Virus record (IMG/VR): IMGVR_UViG_3300017909_001925
Location: 1 to 25,978 of that record
Reading direction: 5' to 3' (one strand)
DNA length: 25,978 nucleotides
DNA from: a virus
Taxonomy: Duplodnaviria > Caudoviricetes
Shown: positions 13,242 through 23,949 of the stretch, in pieces
Layout of the letters: the number at the start of each line of letters is the position of its first letter
Numbering within the stretch: position 1 is the first letter of the stretch
Program-made: the position numbers and the translations under genes
Notes under the pieces: generated by a model
The model's input: the letters and a program-made list of their open reading frames with translations, nothing else
What the model was told of the DNA's origin: nothing
Databases searched by the model: none

Positions 13242-15154
13242 GTAAAGCAAAAGTTTGTTTCGCAAAGGGATGTCATAATTTACTAAAACCTCCTAAAAGA
13301 AAATATTGTTCAACTAAATGTTCTAAATCTACACATAATGCAATAGCTTATGCTAAGAAGAATGGTGCAGTGTATGAACCTGAACACGATGGTAAACCAG
13401 TAGCAGAACCTAATGTGCAAAAAAGAAGAGGTGAAGTTTATCAAAAATTAAAAGAACAAGACCTTGGACCAAAAATATTAAAAGGTGATTTAAGTAAACA
13501 AGATGCAGCAAAATTATTAGATTGTACAAAAGCTGCACTTAGTTATGCATACGCTGCTTGGGTAGAAGATATTGAAACAGAAGAATCTGCAAGAAACTGG
13601 AAACTAAAAGTAGAAGCAGAAAGGTCACTAAGAGATTTTAAAAATTTTAGAGATAGATACTTTGAAACAGAACAAGGTATTCCTTACGAAACACCTGAGT
13701 TTCACATAAGGTGGATTGAGTCTATTTTAAATGCTATAGACAATGGTGGACAGCAGATGATACTATCTCCACCACGACATGGCAAGACAGACTTACTAAT
13801 TCATTTTGCAGTATGGTTGATTATCAAAAATCCAAATGTTAGGATTTTATGGGTAGGAGGTAATGAAGAGATTGCCAAGAACGCAGTATCTTCTGTAATT
13901 GACCAACTAGATAATAATGAGAAACTAATTGAAGAACTCTGTCCTCCTGGAAAAACTTTTAAGCCAACATCTCGAACTGGCAAAGCGTGGTCGCAGAATG
14001 GGTTTACTGTTGGCACTCGTACTGTTACTGGGATTAAGTCACCTACCATGGTTGGTATCGGTCGTGGAGGTAAAATCTTATCAAGAGATTGTGACATCAT
14101 TATCGCAGATGACTTGGAAGACCACTCATCAACTATGCAACCAGCTTCAAGAGAAAACACAAGAAACTGGTGGACCACAACACTGTCAAGTCGTAAAGAA
14201 GAACACACAGCCATAATCGTTATTGGTTCTAGGCAACACTATGATGACTTGTATCATCACTTGTTAGACAATGAATCCTGGTCAACCTTAGTAGAAGAAG
14301 CACACGATACTAGCTGTAATAAACCTGATTGGTCAGATGATGAGCATGTTGAATGTATGTTGTGGTCAGGTAAAAGAACCTACAAGTGGCTAATGGATAG
14401 AAAGAGAGCTGCAGAAACTACAGGTGGTAGAGCTATCTTTGAAATGGTTTATCTAAATGTTGCAATACCTGATGGATTATCTTTGTTTAGCAGAGAAGAA
14501 ATAGAAGCATGTAGAGACCAAAAAAGAGATATTGGACATGTGCCACAAGGTGTAAGACTTATTGCAGGATTAGACCCTGCATCTACTGGATATCAGGCAG
14601 CAGTTTTGTGGGGATATGATGTGGAAACACAAAAACTATATCTTATAGATTTGAATAACAATCTAGGTGGAGGTATCCCACAAGCATTAGAATTAATAAA
14701 AGATTGGTGGAATAAATACAACTTGTCACATTGGGTTATTGAAGAAAATGGTTTTCAAAAAGCAATAAGACAGGATGAATCAATACGCAAGTTTGCATCA
14801 AGTCATGGTATATTTTTAGAGGGACATGAAACAAGGTCACAAAAGTTTGACCCAATATTTGGTGTTACAGCTATGAGACCTATGTTCCAAGAAGAAAATA
14901 TTAATTTACCATATCTTGGATATGAAGCCCAAGAAAAGGTAAACTTATATACAAGTCAGTTAGTGTATTTCAGTTCTGCAAGAAACAGAAGTAAAACTGT
15001 AGGCACTAAGACTGACATAGTTATGGCTAGTTGGTTTCCAATGAGAGCCATAAGAAGAATGCAAAAAGAAAGATTTGCAGAGTTAGGATATGATTATAGT
15101 CCTAGCTTTACTGGGTATGAACCTAGTAGTATGGATGTAGATAATTGGAGTTAA
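13238..15154 (+). CDS. terL: Terminase large subunit with N-terminal Zn-finger/HTH extension
   Basis: Walker A PPRHGKT, Walker B IIIADDLE, coupling motif VIGSR, nuclease GLDPA...IEENGFQ...DIVMA. Confidence 0.92.
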   Translation: MSKAKVCFAKGCHNLLKPPKRKYCSTKCSKSTHNAIAYAKKNGAVYEPEHDGKPVAEPNVQKRRGEVYQKLKEQDLGPKILKGDLSKQDAAKLLDCTKAALSYAYAAWVEDIETEESARNWKLKVEAERSLRDFKNFRDRYFETEQGIPYETPEFHIRWIESILNAIDNGGQQMILSPPRHGKTDLLIHFAVWLIIKNPNVRILWVGGNEEIAKNAVSSVIDQLDNNEKLIEELCPPGKTFKPTSRTGKAWSQNGFTVGTRTVTGIKSPTMVGIGRGGKILSRDCDIIIADDLEDHSSTMQPASRENTRNWWTTTLSSRKEEHTAIIVIGSRQHYDDLYHHLLDNESWSTLVEEAHDTSCNKPDWSDDEHVECMLWSGKRTYKWLMDRKRAAETTGGRAIFEMVYLNVAIPDGLSLFSREEIEACRDQKRDIGHVPQGVRLIAGLDPASTGYQAAVLWGYDVETQKLYLIDLNNNLGGGIPQALELIKDWWNKYNLSHWVIEENGFQKAIRQDESIRKFASSHGIFLEGHETRSQKFDPIFGVTAMRPMFQEENINLPYLGYEAQEKVNLYTSQLVYFSSARNRSKTVGTKTDIVMASWFPMRAIRRMQKERFAELGYDYSPSFTGYEPSSMDVDNWS

Positions 15155-16912
15155 ATGCCTTTAGATAGCGATAAGTTGTACGAGAAGATAGATTACCTAA
15201 GAGTTATCAATAGAGAACAAATGATTGATAGGTCTAGAATTCGTGACATTATGAATGGTGGTGAAGCTGCAGTAAAAGCACTTCTAGGTAATTCAATAAA
15301 TGTAGAATACCATGAGTTACCAGCACCTAACCTATTTTTAACTGCATTAGAAAGATTTTCACAAAAATTAGGAAGAAGTCCTGATTTAAAAGTTGATATT
15401 ATAAACGATAAAGATTCCGAAAGAGCAAAGAAAAAATCAGAAAAATTAGAAAGAATTGTGACTTCTTATGACAAGTTTCAAAAGCTACACATGCAATTAC
15501 CACAAGCTGCAAGATGGTTACCTGGTTATGGTTTTATAGTATGGACCATAGGACACAAAAGAGATAAAGATGGTAACCCATATCCTTATGCTGAACTTCA
15601 AGACCCTTTTACTTGTTATCCAGGAGTGTTTGGTAATGACCAACAACCAAAAGAATTAGCAATAATTCGTAGAGTGCCACACACAATATTGGCAGAACAA
15701 TATCCTGAAGCTAAACAATACATATTTCAAAAAGAAGAAAATGATGATGGTTTTCAAAATCCTTATTCTGCACTTATGGATAGTACAGACAGAGCAGGTG
15801 CTTGGGCTAACTCAAGTGGTCATGGCAAAGTAGTTGTTGAATATAGAGATGCAGAAGGTACTTATGTATTTTTACCTGAAAACAAAAAGATTATTGACTT
15901 TATGCCAAATATGCTTAAGTCAGGACCTTGTTTTGTTGTAGCTAAAAGATATGCGTTTGACCAAATGCAATCACAGTTTCAACACATTACAGGTCTTATG
16001 GCAAACATGGCAAAAATTAACATACTTGGAACTATTGCTATGGAAGATGCAGTATTTACAGAAACAAACATTGTTGGTGAAATAGAGTCAGGCAAATATA
16101 GAAAAGGTAGATTTGCAGTTAACTATTTAACACCAGGTTCATCTGTATCTAAACCAGTCAATAACTTACCTTATCAATTATTTCAACAAGTAGATAGATT
16201 AGAAAGACATCTTAGATTAGGTGCTGCATATCCAGTATCTGATGATGGTCAATCACCAAATGCATTTGTAACTGGTAGAGGACTAGAAGAACTAGGACAA
16301 TCTGCATCACTGCATGTTAGAGAATATCAAACAGTTCTTAAAGAAGCATTAGAACAAATAGATGCTAAAAGACTTGAATACGATGAAATAATGTTTACAT
16401 CTACAAGAAAACCTATTGCTGGTATGCATAAAGGAACAGCATACAAAGAGTCTTACACACCATCATCTGATATATCAGAAGTTTACGAAACAAGAAGAGT
16501 GTATGGAGTAATGGCTGGTTTTGATGAGCCACAAAAGATAATTACAGGGTTGCAATTAAAACAACAAGGCATTATTGATACACAGACATTACAAGAAAAC
16601 ATGGATGGATTAGATAACATTACTAAAATACAAAATCGTATATCTGCAGAAAGAGCAGAGACAGTATTGTTTGAAAGTCTTATGGCACAAGCTGCACAGG
16701 GTAATCCTAAAGCAACTATGGCTGCAATAGACATTAGAAAGAACCCTCAAAAGATGTCAGATATTTTAGATAAATATTATACTCCTGAAGGTGAGGAAGT
16801 TTCTGAAGAAGAAGAACAACTTATGGCTGGACCACAACAACCGGCAGGACCTCAAGGACCTCCTCCAGGATTAGCACAAGTATTACAACAAGTAGCACAG
16901 CAAGGAGGATAA
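15155..16912 (+). CDS. Portal (head-tail connector) protein
   Basis: 585 aa directly after terL; helical, with a Q/P/G-rich C-terminal tail typical of portals. Confidence 0.75.
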   Translation: MPLDSDKLYEKIDYLRVINREQMIDRSRIRDIMNGGEAAVKALLGNSINVEYHELPAPNLFLTALERFSQKLGRSPDLKVDIINDKDSERAKKKSEKLERIVTSYDKFQKLHMQLPQAARWLPGYGFIVWTIGHKRDKDGNPYPYAELQDPFTCYPGVFGNDQQPKELAIIRRVPHTILAEQYPEAKQYIFQKEENDDGFQNPYSALMDSTDRAGAWANSSGHGKVVVEYRDAEGTYVFLPENKKIIDFMPNMLKSGPCFVVAKRYAFDQMQSQFQHITGLMANMAKINILGTIAMEDAVFTETNIVGEIESGKYRKGRFAVNYLTPGSSVSKPVNNLPYQLFQQVDRLERHLRLGAAYPVSDDGQSPNAFVTGRGLEELGQSASLHVREYQTVLKEALEQIDAKRLEYDEIMFTSTRKPIAGMHKGTAYKESYTPSSDISEVYETRRVYGVMAGFDEPQKIITGLQLKQQGIIDTQTLQENMDGLDNITKIQNRISAERAETVLFESLMAQAAQGNPKATMAAIDIRKNPQKMSDILDKYYTPEGEEVSEEEEQLMAGPQQPAGPQGPPPGLAQVLQQVAQQGG

Positions 16913-17196
16913 TGTCTGAATTTGACCCAATGCAAGAAACAAACGAAAAGTTTTATGACATTATAAATCAGGATGATTGGAACTTTGATTTTGGAAAAGA
17001 GTTTCAAATACAAGATGCAGAAATGGAAGAGTTTACTCCTCCTGTTATGCAGTATTGGTTGCCAACACCAATAGCTGGTGTACACCTAAGAATAGATTTT
17101 GTTATAGAAGATGGCAGACCTGAAAACGATGAAGTTTTAAATTTTTTAAATAACTTAAGTAGATTCTTAGAAGAGAACGAAGGTGAACAATGGTAA
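16912..17196 (+). CDS. Acidic hypothetical protein
   Basis: 94 aa; SD AAGGAGG; TAATG coupling. Confidence 0.7.
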   Translation: MSEFDPMQETNEKFYDIINQDDWNFDFGKEFQIQDAEMEEFTPPVMQYWLPTPIAGVHLRIDFVIEDGRPENDEVLNFLNNLSRFLEENEGEQW

Positions 17197-17648
17197 GAAA
17201 ACCAGCAACTTTAAAAATGGCACAAGAAGCTACAGATGCAAAAGACCCAGCTTTTCAAGATTTATATATACCTAGGAAAGAAGGAGATTCTACAGGTTCA
17301 TCAAAATTAGTAAATACTTTAGCTGGAGGACTGGAAGGTGAATCTACAGAGATTGTAGAAGCAGAAACAGGACCATTAGGAGTTAGCGCTGTAAATCCTA
17401 TAGCTTTAGGTTCAGCAACAAGAAATCCTGCAGAACCAAATACTGCTGGTATATCACAAGGTGCTGGTCCTGGACCAACAAAACAAAGACCTGCTGGAGA
17501 TTTAAATGCATATTTAGCAGGACTTATTGAAAGATTTGGAAGAGACCCATTGTTACTAGATTTGTTTGAGCAAAAAAATGCTACACCTATGGTAGAAAAC
17601 CCAAGACAAAATACTAGATTGACAGATTCGGAAAGCAGATATGCGTAA
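17190..17648 (+). CDS. Hypothetical virion-region protein
   Basis: 152 aa; contains T-x-x-P-x-EP-x-TAG-x-x-x-GAGPGP, a low-complexity motif typical of post-portal genes. Confidence 0.7.
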   Translation: MVRKPATLKMAQEATDAKDPAFQDLYIPRKEGDSTGSSKLVNTLAGGLEGESTEIVEAETGPLGVSAVNPIALGSATRNPAEPNTAGISQGAGPGPTKQRPAGDLNAYLAGLIERFGRDPLLLDLFEQKNATPMVENPRQNTRLTDSESRYA

Positions 17649-20600
17649 TTATGGTACAAGCATATCATTATATGATTTAGTAGCCGAATCAGCTAATAAA
17701 ACTAGAGTTTCAATAGATAGTTATAATCAAGGTGCTAAAGACTCTAATCCTGAACTTGCACAAAGAATAGTTAATCTAGCTACAGCATATCCTAATATGC
17801 CAAATGAGTTGCTTGTATATGCAGGATTATCAGGACTTGAAGCAGAAGATGATTTAGCTTTACAGTTAGCAAACAGAGTACAAGAAAAAATTGTACAAAA
17901 AAATACACAAGATATAGTTACAAATGTTTCTTGGGGTAAAAGAAAGTTTCAACAAGGTATGTTGTTGCTCGATGCAGCATTTCAACCAGTATCTAGGGGA
18001 TTTAAGTCTGCAGTAGTTGCAGCACAAGAAACAGGTAGGTCAGTTCCTTTGACAGTTGCACAAGCTGCAGTTGGTGGATTAGGAAGTTTAATTACAGGTC
18101 AAGCATCTTATAAAGATAGATATACAGCTAATTATTTAGATTCTGTTATTGGTCCTGGAGTTGGTGCTGCTTTTCAAAATGCAAAAGAAAAGTATGGACC
18201 TACAGAGTATCAAATGTTTCTTGATGAAAGAAAGAAAGGTAATCCTATAAACTTAGGAACTGGTTTTATACCTAAATCAGTTGACCTAAAACAAACTCAA
18301 GTGTATTTAGATGAGATAAGAAGAGGTACACCTACTAACGAAGCTATGTCTAAAGCAAGAGATGTTTATGGTTTACCAATAACTCAGTTATTTGATTTAA
18401 GAGAAGATAGATTTAAGTACACAACTAAATCAGGAGAAAAAATAAATATATCTCCTGGTCGTGTCATAGCAGCACAAGTACAAGAACCAGGTGCTATGGG
18501 ATACAATGTGTTATCAGGAATTATTGATGGTGTTTTTAGATTAGCAGCAGACCCTACTAACTTAGCGTTAGCTTATGGTGCTGGTGTAAAAACAGCTATG
18601 AGAGGTATGGTTCAAGCTAACCAACAAGTAAAACTTGCTAAAGATGGTATATCACTTACAACAAAAACACTTGCTAATACTTTTAAACTAGGAGAAAAAG
18701 GTAAGAAAGCAAGACTTGCATTTTATGGAAGAACAATAGATGATGTAAGAAAAACAGGTTGGGGGCAAAAGTTTGGACAAGCACTAGCAGACTTAAAAGG
18801 TGATGAAGGTATGTCATTCTTAAACGATATACCTGAGTTTAAAAATATACATCCATCATTTAAAGAAGTAATACTACAAGTAGATAATGCAGATGATGTA
18901 TGGAACATACTAGAAATGGTTGCTAAAGGTGGTAATTTAACTCAAAAAAACTTTGATGATGTTTTTACAATGTTAAAAACAAAACTACCTGAAAAGACTG
19001 CAGAGCTAGATAGAATAAGAAATCTTACATTAGACAATATAAATTTTGGATTAGATGTGTTACCTGCAAAGCCAACAGTAACTGGTGAATTGTTTAACTA
19101 TATGGGCAAACTTATGACAGGACAAGCTACAGATGTTGCACCACTTAGAAAACTTACAGGTTCATTATTATCAAGAGATAACTCAGCAAAAAAACTTCTT
19201 GGTATGGGAACACAGTTAAGTCAAGCAGTAATTCCTAGACATGTAAGAAGAGCTATGCAACTTAGACCTGAAACAGTTATGGTCATAGGAGATTTAGGGG
19301 CTGCAGCAAATAATGCAGATGATATGTTAAAACTGTCATTTGCCGATACAAAAACAAGAGGTGCATTTGTAAGAGAAGTACTAGCAGCAGAAAACCAAGA
19401 TGAGTTAAATGAAATTACACACAGAATAAATCAAGCAGTAGCAAAATCTGTAGTTAAAGAAAATCCTAAATTAAAAATAGATGTAGAGGATTTGTTAAAA
19501 CAACAAGAGGCTTATGTAGCTGAACTTGATGAACTTAGGTCTTTCTTTGATAACACTTATGGTAAATCACTTGCTTTTAATGGTGCAAAAGTTAAGAAAA
19601 AATTTGACCAACTTATTACTGATGCACAAGCACACTTTGAAGCTACTGGTGTAAAAGTAGATGAAAAAGATTTACAAAGAGTAGTCTTTGAAGCTGTGCC
19701 ATCTATGCATTTATTAACACAAGCATCTGATTCTTTTACAGCATCTTTATTAGACCCAAGAGATGTAGTAAGAGCTACAAGAGCGCATCAAAGTTTGATA
19801 GGACCTGAAGATTCTTTACTAAGAGCATGGGTCAATAAACCTAAAGATTTGTTAAATGAAAAAGATTTTGGCTGGACTGACTTTCTTAAGATACCTAGAA
19901 AAGCACTAGTACAGAATGCAAAAGCTAATAAGTTATCTTTGAAGCCAAAAGGACCAATAGATACTATGTTGGATGATTTACAAAACAATATATTAAAACC
20001 TGCATGGATGTTTAGATATGCTTTAAAACTTCGTATCGCACCTGAAGAAGCAGCAAGGGCAGCATTTGGTGGTACAGTCAATATCTTTACTACACCATTC
20101 AAACGAGCAGCATTACTTAGTAATAAATCATTAGGTTATCTTGGACAACAAGTAAGAGAAAACGAAGTCTTGTCTGCGTACAATAATTTAGGAGAAATAG
20201 TATTTTCTTCAAGGATGTCTCCTGATGATGTAACAATGCTTAAAAATCTTATAGATGAAAAATCATTGGATGATTTTAAAGCTATAGATTATCCAAAAAT
20301 ACAAAACTTAATTAAACATAATTTGATAGAAGTAAACTATGCAGGAGAACCTTCAGATTACATTATTGAAGCTGCTTTAAATGGATACAATGTTAAAAAC
20401 TTAGTTACAGAGGCATTACCTGAAAGTGCATTTAAAACAACTTCAAAAAAAATAAAAGCTACCTCTAAAGGTAACATTGTTGGATATGATGGCAACACTT
20501 ACGAATCTATGGGTGAGGCATTCTTAAAAGCTGGTGGGTTTAGTGCAGATTTAGATGAAAGACAGTTTTTTGATTTACAAGTAAGAAAACCATCAGATGC

Positions 20601-23600
20601 AGATGTATTCGTATCTGCTTATAAAAATAAAGAATACAATCTTGGAAACTTAGATGACATAGAATCTAAAGCACAATTAGCAGGGTTAAGTTCTGCTGAT
20701 TATATCAACACACAATTAGACAACATATTTTTTGATGATGACTCTATAGCTTTACTTTCTAAAAAAGACCATGTACTAGGAACATACATTGACTCAGAAG
20801 GTAACTATATGATTGATGTAGCTATAGGACTAAGAGGACAAAATGCAATAGATAACGCAGTGTATTTAGGTGCGCAAAGTTTCCAAGAAGCAGTATTTGT
20901 AGCAAATAAAGAACTAGCTACACAAGCAGGTTATGGAAAAGCCATTGATGATTTTGGTATGTTACCTATCTATGAAGCACCTGCAGGAGGTGCAGCCAAT
21001 ATAAATATTGATGCTGTTCTAAACAAAACAACTATGGAAGCTATGTATAAATCAAACTTTGATGCATTGTCACTTAAAGTTGAAGATGTAAAAGGTGCAG
21101 CGCAAGGTATGCCTAGTGGTAGTTTGTTTTCAACAGATGAAGCCTATCTAGTATCTCAAAGCGAAACAGCTATAACAAGAGGTCTTTTAGATGGTAGAAA
21201 AGATTTATCTGAAAACCTATATGTTATGACAGACAAAAGACAAGCAAATGGTGTTATAAATCCAAGATACTGGGAAGGACTATGGGGGGAAATAGGAGAG
21301 ATACTTTCCCAAGATTACAATACTGTATTAGTTGCAAACTTTGGTGTTGATGGTGCATTAGATATTTTACAAAGACCAGGAACAGCAAGAGATAGACTAG
21401 AAGAGTTTGTTAAAAGAAGTTACAACCCTGAAGATAAAAGATACCTTACAGATAAAGGTGCATTAAGAGAATACTTAGAATCTATTGCTTACAGAATAGG
21501 AAAGGCAACTGGTAACCCTACTGCAAAAATATTAGACCCAATTACTGGTAGAGAAATTTCTGCAGAAATAGCAACAAAAGTATTTTATAACAAAGGTAAA
21601 AAAACATATCCAAAATTTACAGTTGACTTATCTGTAGGTGCTAACACTAAATTATTTCAATTTATAAAAAATGGTGGTGTTATAGATGGTAAAGACTGGG
21701 CTAGATACAAACAACATATCAACACTATGAAGTTCAAAGAAAGAGGACAAGCTAATCAAAAGTTTTATAAAGAGTTCATTAGAGTATTTAAGGATGAAAT
21801 AGATGCTGCAGATTTAGGACCTAAACAAATACCTAGAAAGTTTGATTTAAATAACAGAGTATCTGAATCAGGAACAATAATTAGTGGTGATGAAATAAGA
21901 GCTGCTGGGTTTACAGATGACATAGATTTTGATAACAAATATTCAACATATCAAAAACTTATGGAAAGAGGATATAACAACCTCATATCCAAACCATCGA
22001 ACAAACTTAACAGAGACCCTTTGTTTAGATATGCATTTTATGAAGGTGCTATAGAAATATTGCCTTATATGACTCAAGAAGCTAAAGATGAGTTTATGAA
22101 AGGTGCAAAAGTATGGATTGATGGTAATAAACTGTGGGATGATTTAGCTGCTGCAGCAAAACAACCTGCTTTAGAAAACACAATTACTTCTGTTGCACAA
22201 GCAGAAACATTACTTAAACACTCTGCATTACAACAAGTGCAAACACTATTTTATTCTTTATCTAAACGACATGTTGCTTCTGACTTGTTTTCTAAATATA
22301 TTCCATTCCCTGAGATATGGGCTGAGGTCGCACAGTCTTGGGGTAAGTTGATTGTAGATAATCCACAAAAATTTAACAGAGCAAGAATAGCCATAGATAA
22401 TGGGCAAGAATCTAAACCTTGGGATAGTGAAAATGGATTCTTTAGTAAAGACCCAAATACAGGAAAACAAGTATTTAACTATGTTGATGTATTTAATGTG
22501 TTATCTTTAGGTGCTATTCCAGCATTAGGATATGCAGTAGAAATGTCAGGTGCAAGAGATGTACTATCAGATAAAATTACTTCACCATATCAATCAACAG
22601 TGTTTGGTCAAGATTTAACAGACCAAGGAATCAGAGCAACTGCACCTGGTTTTGCTACAGGTCTTAACTTAGTTGCACAAAATGGTTTTGCACCAGGTTT
22701 TGGACCAGTAGTAACTATTCCAATGAAATTTATTATGAATAAACTAGGAAGTCCTAAGTTACTTAGAAAGACTGTACTTGGTGAGTTTGAAAATGCTGGT
22801 GCAGGTTCAATACTTGAACAAGGTCCAGCTTATCTTAAAAAATTCTTTTCTGCTTTAGATTCAGGAGATGAAACAACAAAGCGTGGATATGCAACAACAA
22901 TGGGAGATATATACACAGCGTATGTATTAGCAGGTTTAGTTGACCAATCAGACCCAATGTCTGTACAAAAATACTTAGACCAGGCAGGAAAACAAGCAAG
23001 AAATATTTATATATTCAGAGGATTAGCACAGTTTTCATTACCAACTGCTGTAGTACCAAGAATAGAAGTAGAAGATAAGAATGGTACTTGGTATGGTGTA
23101 CAAACATTAGTAAATAAATACCAAGAGATACTTATAAAAAATGGTTATGACCATTTTCAAACACAACAAGATTTTATAGAAAAGTTTGGAATAAATCCTA
23201 TACCTTTGAAACAAGCTAAATCTTATAAGACTGGTAGAAAACCACTCAAAGAAAACTCCTTCTTTTATTGGATAAAACCTGAAAACAAAAAACTATTAGA
23301 TGCTAACGCTTTACCTAACACAGCATATTACATATTCCCTGACAAGATTGAAGATGAATTATTCTATCCTGCTTACTTTGAGTTAACAAGTGTTGATTTA
23401 ACACCACAACAAAGAGCTAACTACATGAGACACTCACAGGCAATATTTGAATATGAAAAAGGTAAACAAGATATTAGAGAAGAAAACCTAAGTCCTGGAG
23501 AGCAACAAAGAAGATTCTCTCAATTAAAAAATAGCATTGATGATGAATATGGTATTGATATATTTAACTATGCAGGTAAACCTAGAACAGCATCAACTAT

Positions 23601-23949
23601 TGAACTTATGCAGGAATTAAGAAGATGGACTGATTATGAACAAACAGCTAATAGTCCTGAGTGGCAATATATAGAACAGTATTTAGATAGAAGAGATGAA
23701 ATAATTGATGTATTATTAAAAGGTGGGACATACACTTACAAAGGATTGACTCTAAATATTGTCAAACCCACAAAGAGAGCTAGAACTTTAAATGGTACTA
23801 GCGAAGGTCCAGTAAGAGCAAGAGAGATAATGACACAAATTTGGACAGACTTAATAGAAGAAAGTCAAGGCACTAACTTCGCACAATTAGCTAATGAGGT
23901 GCTATTCTATGAGATAAGTCCAAATAACAGTGCAAACAGCAGGGATTAA
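17641..23949 (+). CDS. 2102-aa putative internal virion/ejection protein
   Basis: Uninterrupted 6.3-kb ORF, helical-looking, with a DPTNL motif common in large ejection proteins. Function inferred from size and position. Confidence 0.6.
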   Translation: MRNYGTSISLYDLVAESANKTRVSIDSYNQGAKDSNPELAQRIVNLATAYPNMPNELLVYAGLSGLEAEDDLALQLANRVQEKIVQKNTQDIVTNVSWGKRKFQQGMLLLDAAFQPVSRGFKSAVVAAQETGRSVPLTVAQAAVGGLGSLITGQASYKDRYTANYLDSVIGPGVGAAFQNAKEKYGPTEYQMFLDERKKGNPINLGTGFIPKSVDLKQTQVYLDEIRRGTPTNEAMSKARDVYGLPITQLFDLREDRFKYTTKSGEKINISPGRVIAAQVQEPGAMGYNVLSGIIDGVFRLAADPTNLALAYGAGVKTAMRGMVQANQQVKLAKDGISLTTKTLANTFKLGEKGKKARLAFYGRTIDDVRKTGWGQKFGQALADLKGDEGMSFLNDIPEFKNIHPSFKEVILQVDNADDVWNILEMVAKGGNLTQKNFDDVFTMLKTKLPEKTAELDRIRNLTLDNINFGLDVLPAKPTVTGELFNYMGKLMTGQATDVAPLRKLTGSLLSRDNSAKKLLGMGTQLSQAVIPRHVRRAMQLRPETVMVIGDLGAAANNADDMLKLSFADTKTRGAFVREVLAAENQDELNEITHRINQAVAKSVVKENPKLKIDVEDLLKQQEAYVAELDELRSFFDNTYGKSLAFNGAKVKKKFDQLITDAQAHFEATGVKVDEKDLQRVVFEAVPSMHLLTQASDSFTASLLDPRDVVRATRAHQSLIGPEDSLLRAWVNKPKDLLNEKDFGWTDFLKIPRKALVQNAKANKLSLKPKGPIDTMLDDLQNNILKPAWMFRYALKLRIAPEEAARAAFGGTVNIFTTPFKRAALLSNKSLGYLGQQVRENEVLSAYNNLGEIVFSSRMSPDDVTMLKNLIDEKSLDDFKAIDYPKIQNLIKHNLIEVNYAGEPSDYIIEAALNGYNVKNLVTEALPESAFKTTSKKIKATSKGNIVGYDGNTYESMGEAFLKAGGFSADLDERQFFDLQVRKPSDADVFVSAYKNKEYNLGNLDDIESKAQLAGLSSADYINTQLDNIFFDDDSIALLSKKDHVLGTYIDSEGNYMIDVAIGLRGQNAIDNAVYLGAQSFQEAVFVANKELATQAGYGKAIDDFGMLPIYEAPAGGAANINIDAVLNKTTMEAMYKSNFDALSLKVEDVKGAAQGMPSGSLFSTDEAYLVSQSETAITRGLLDGRKDLSENLYVMTDKRQANGVINPRYWEGLWGEIGEILSQDYNTVLVANFGVDGALDILQRPGTARDRLEEFVKRSYNPEDKRYLTDKGALREYLESIAYRIGKATGNPTAKILDPITGREISAEIATKVFYNKGKKTYPKFTVDLSVGANTKLFQFIKNGGVIDGKDWARYKQHINTMKFKERGQANQKFYKEFIRVFKDEIDAADLGPKQIPRKFDLNNRVSESGTIISGDEIRAAGFTDDIDFDNKYSTYQKLMERGYNNLISKPSNKLNRDPLFRYAFYEGAIEILPYMTQEAKDEFMKGAKVWIDGNKLWDDLAAAAKQPALENTITSVAQAETLLKHSALQQVQTLFYSLSKRHVASDLFSKYIPFPEIWAEVAQSWGKLIVDNPQKFNRARIAIDNGQESKPWDSENGFFSKDPNTGKQVFNYVDVFNVLSLGAIPALGYAVEMSGARDVLSDKITSPYQSTVFGQDLTDQGIRATAPGFATGLNLVAQNGFAPGFGPVVTIPMKFIMNKLGSPKLLRKTVLGEFENAGAGSILEQGPAYLKKFFSALDSGDETTKRGYATTMGDIYTAYVLAGLVDQSDPMSVQKYLDQAGKQARNIYIFRGLAQFSLPTAVVPRIEVEDKNGTWYGVQTLVNKYQEILIKNGYDHFQTQQDFIEKFGINPIPLKQAKSYKTGRKPLKENSFFYWIKPENKKLLDANALPNTAYYIFPDKIEDELFYPAYFELTSVDLTPQQRANYMRHSQAIFEYEKGKQDIREENLSPGEQQRRFSQLKNSIDDEYGIDIFNYAGKPRTASTIELMQELRRWTDYEQTANSPEWQYIEQYLDRRDEIIDVLLKGGTYTYKGLTLNIVKPTKRARTLNGTSEGPVRAREIMTQIWTDLIEESQGTNFAQLANEVLFYEISPNNSANSRD

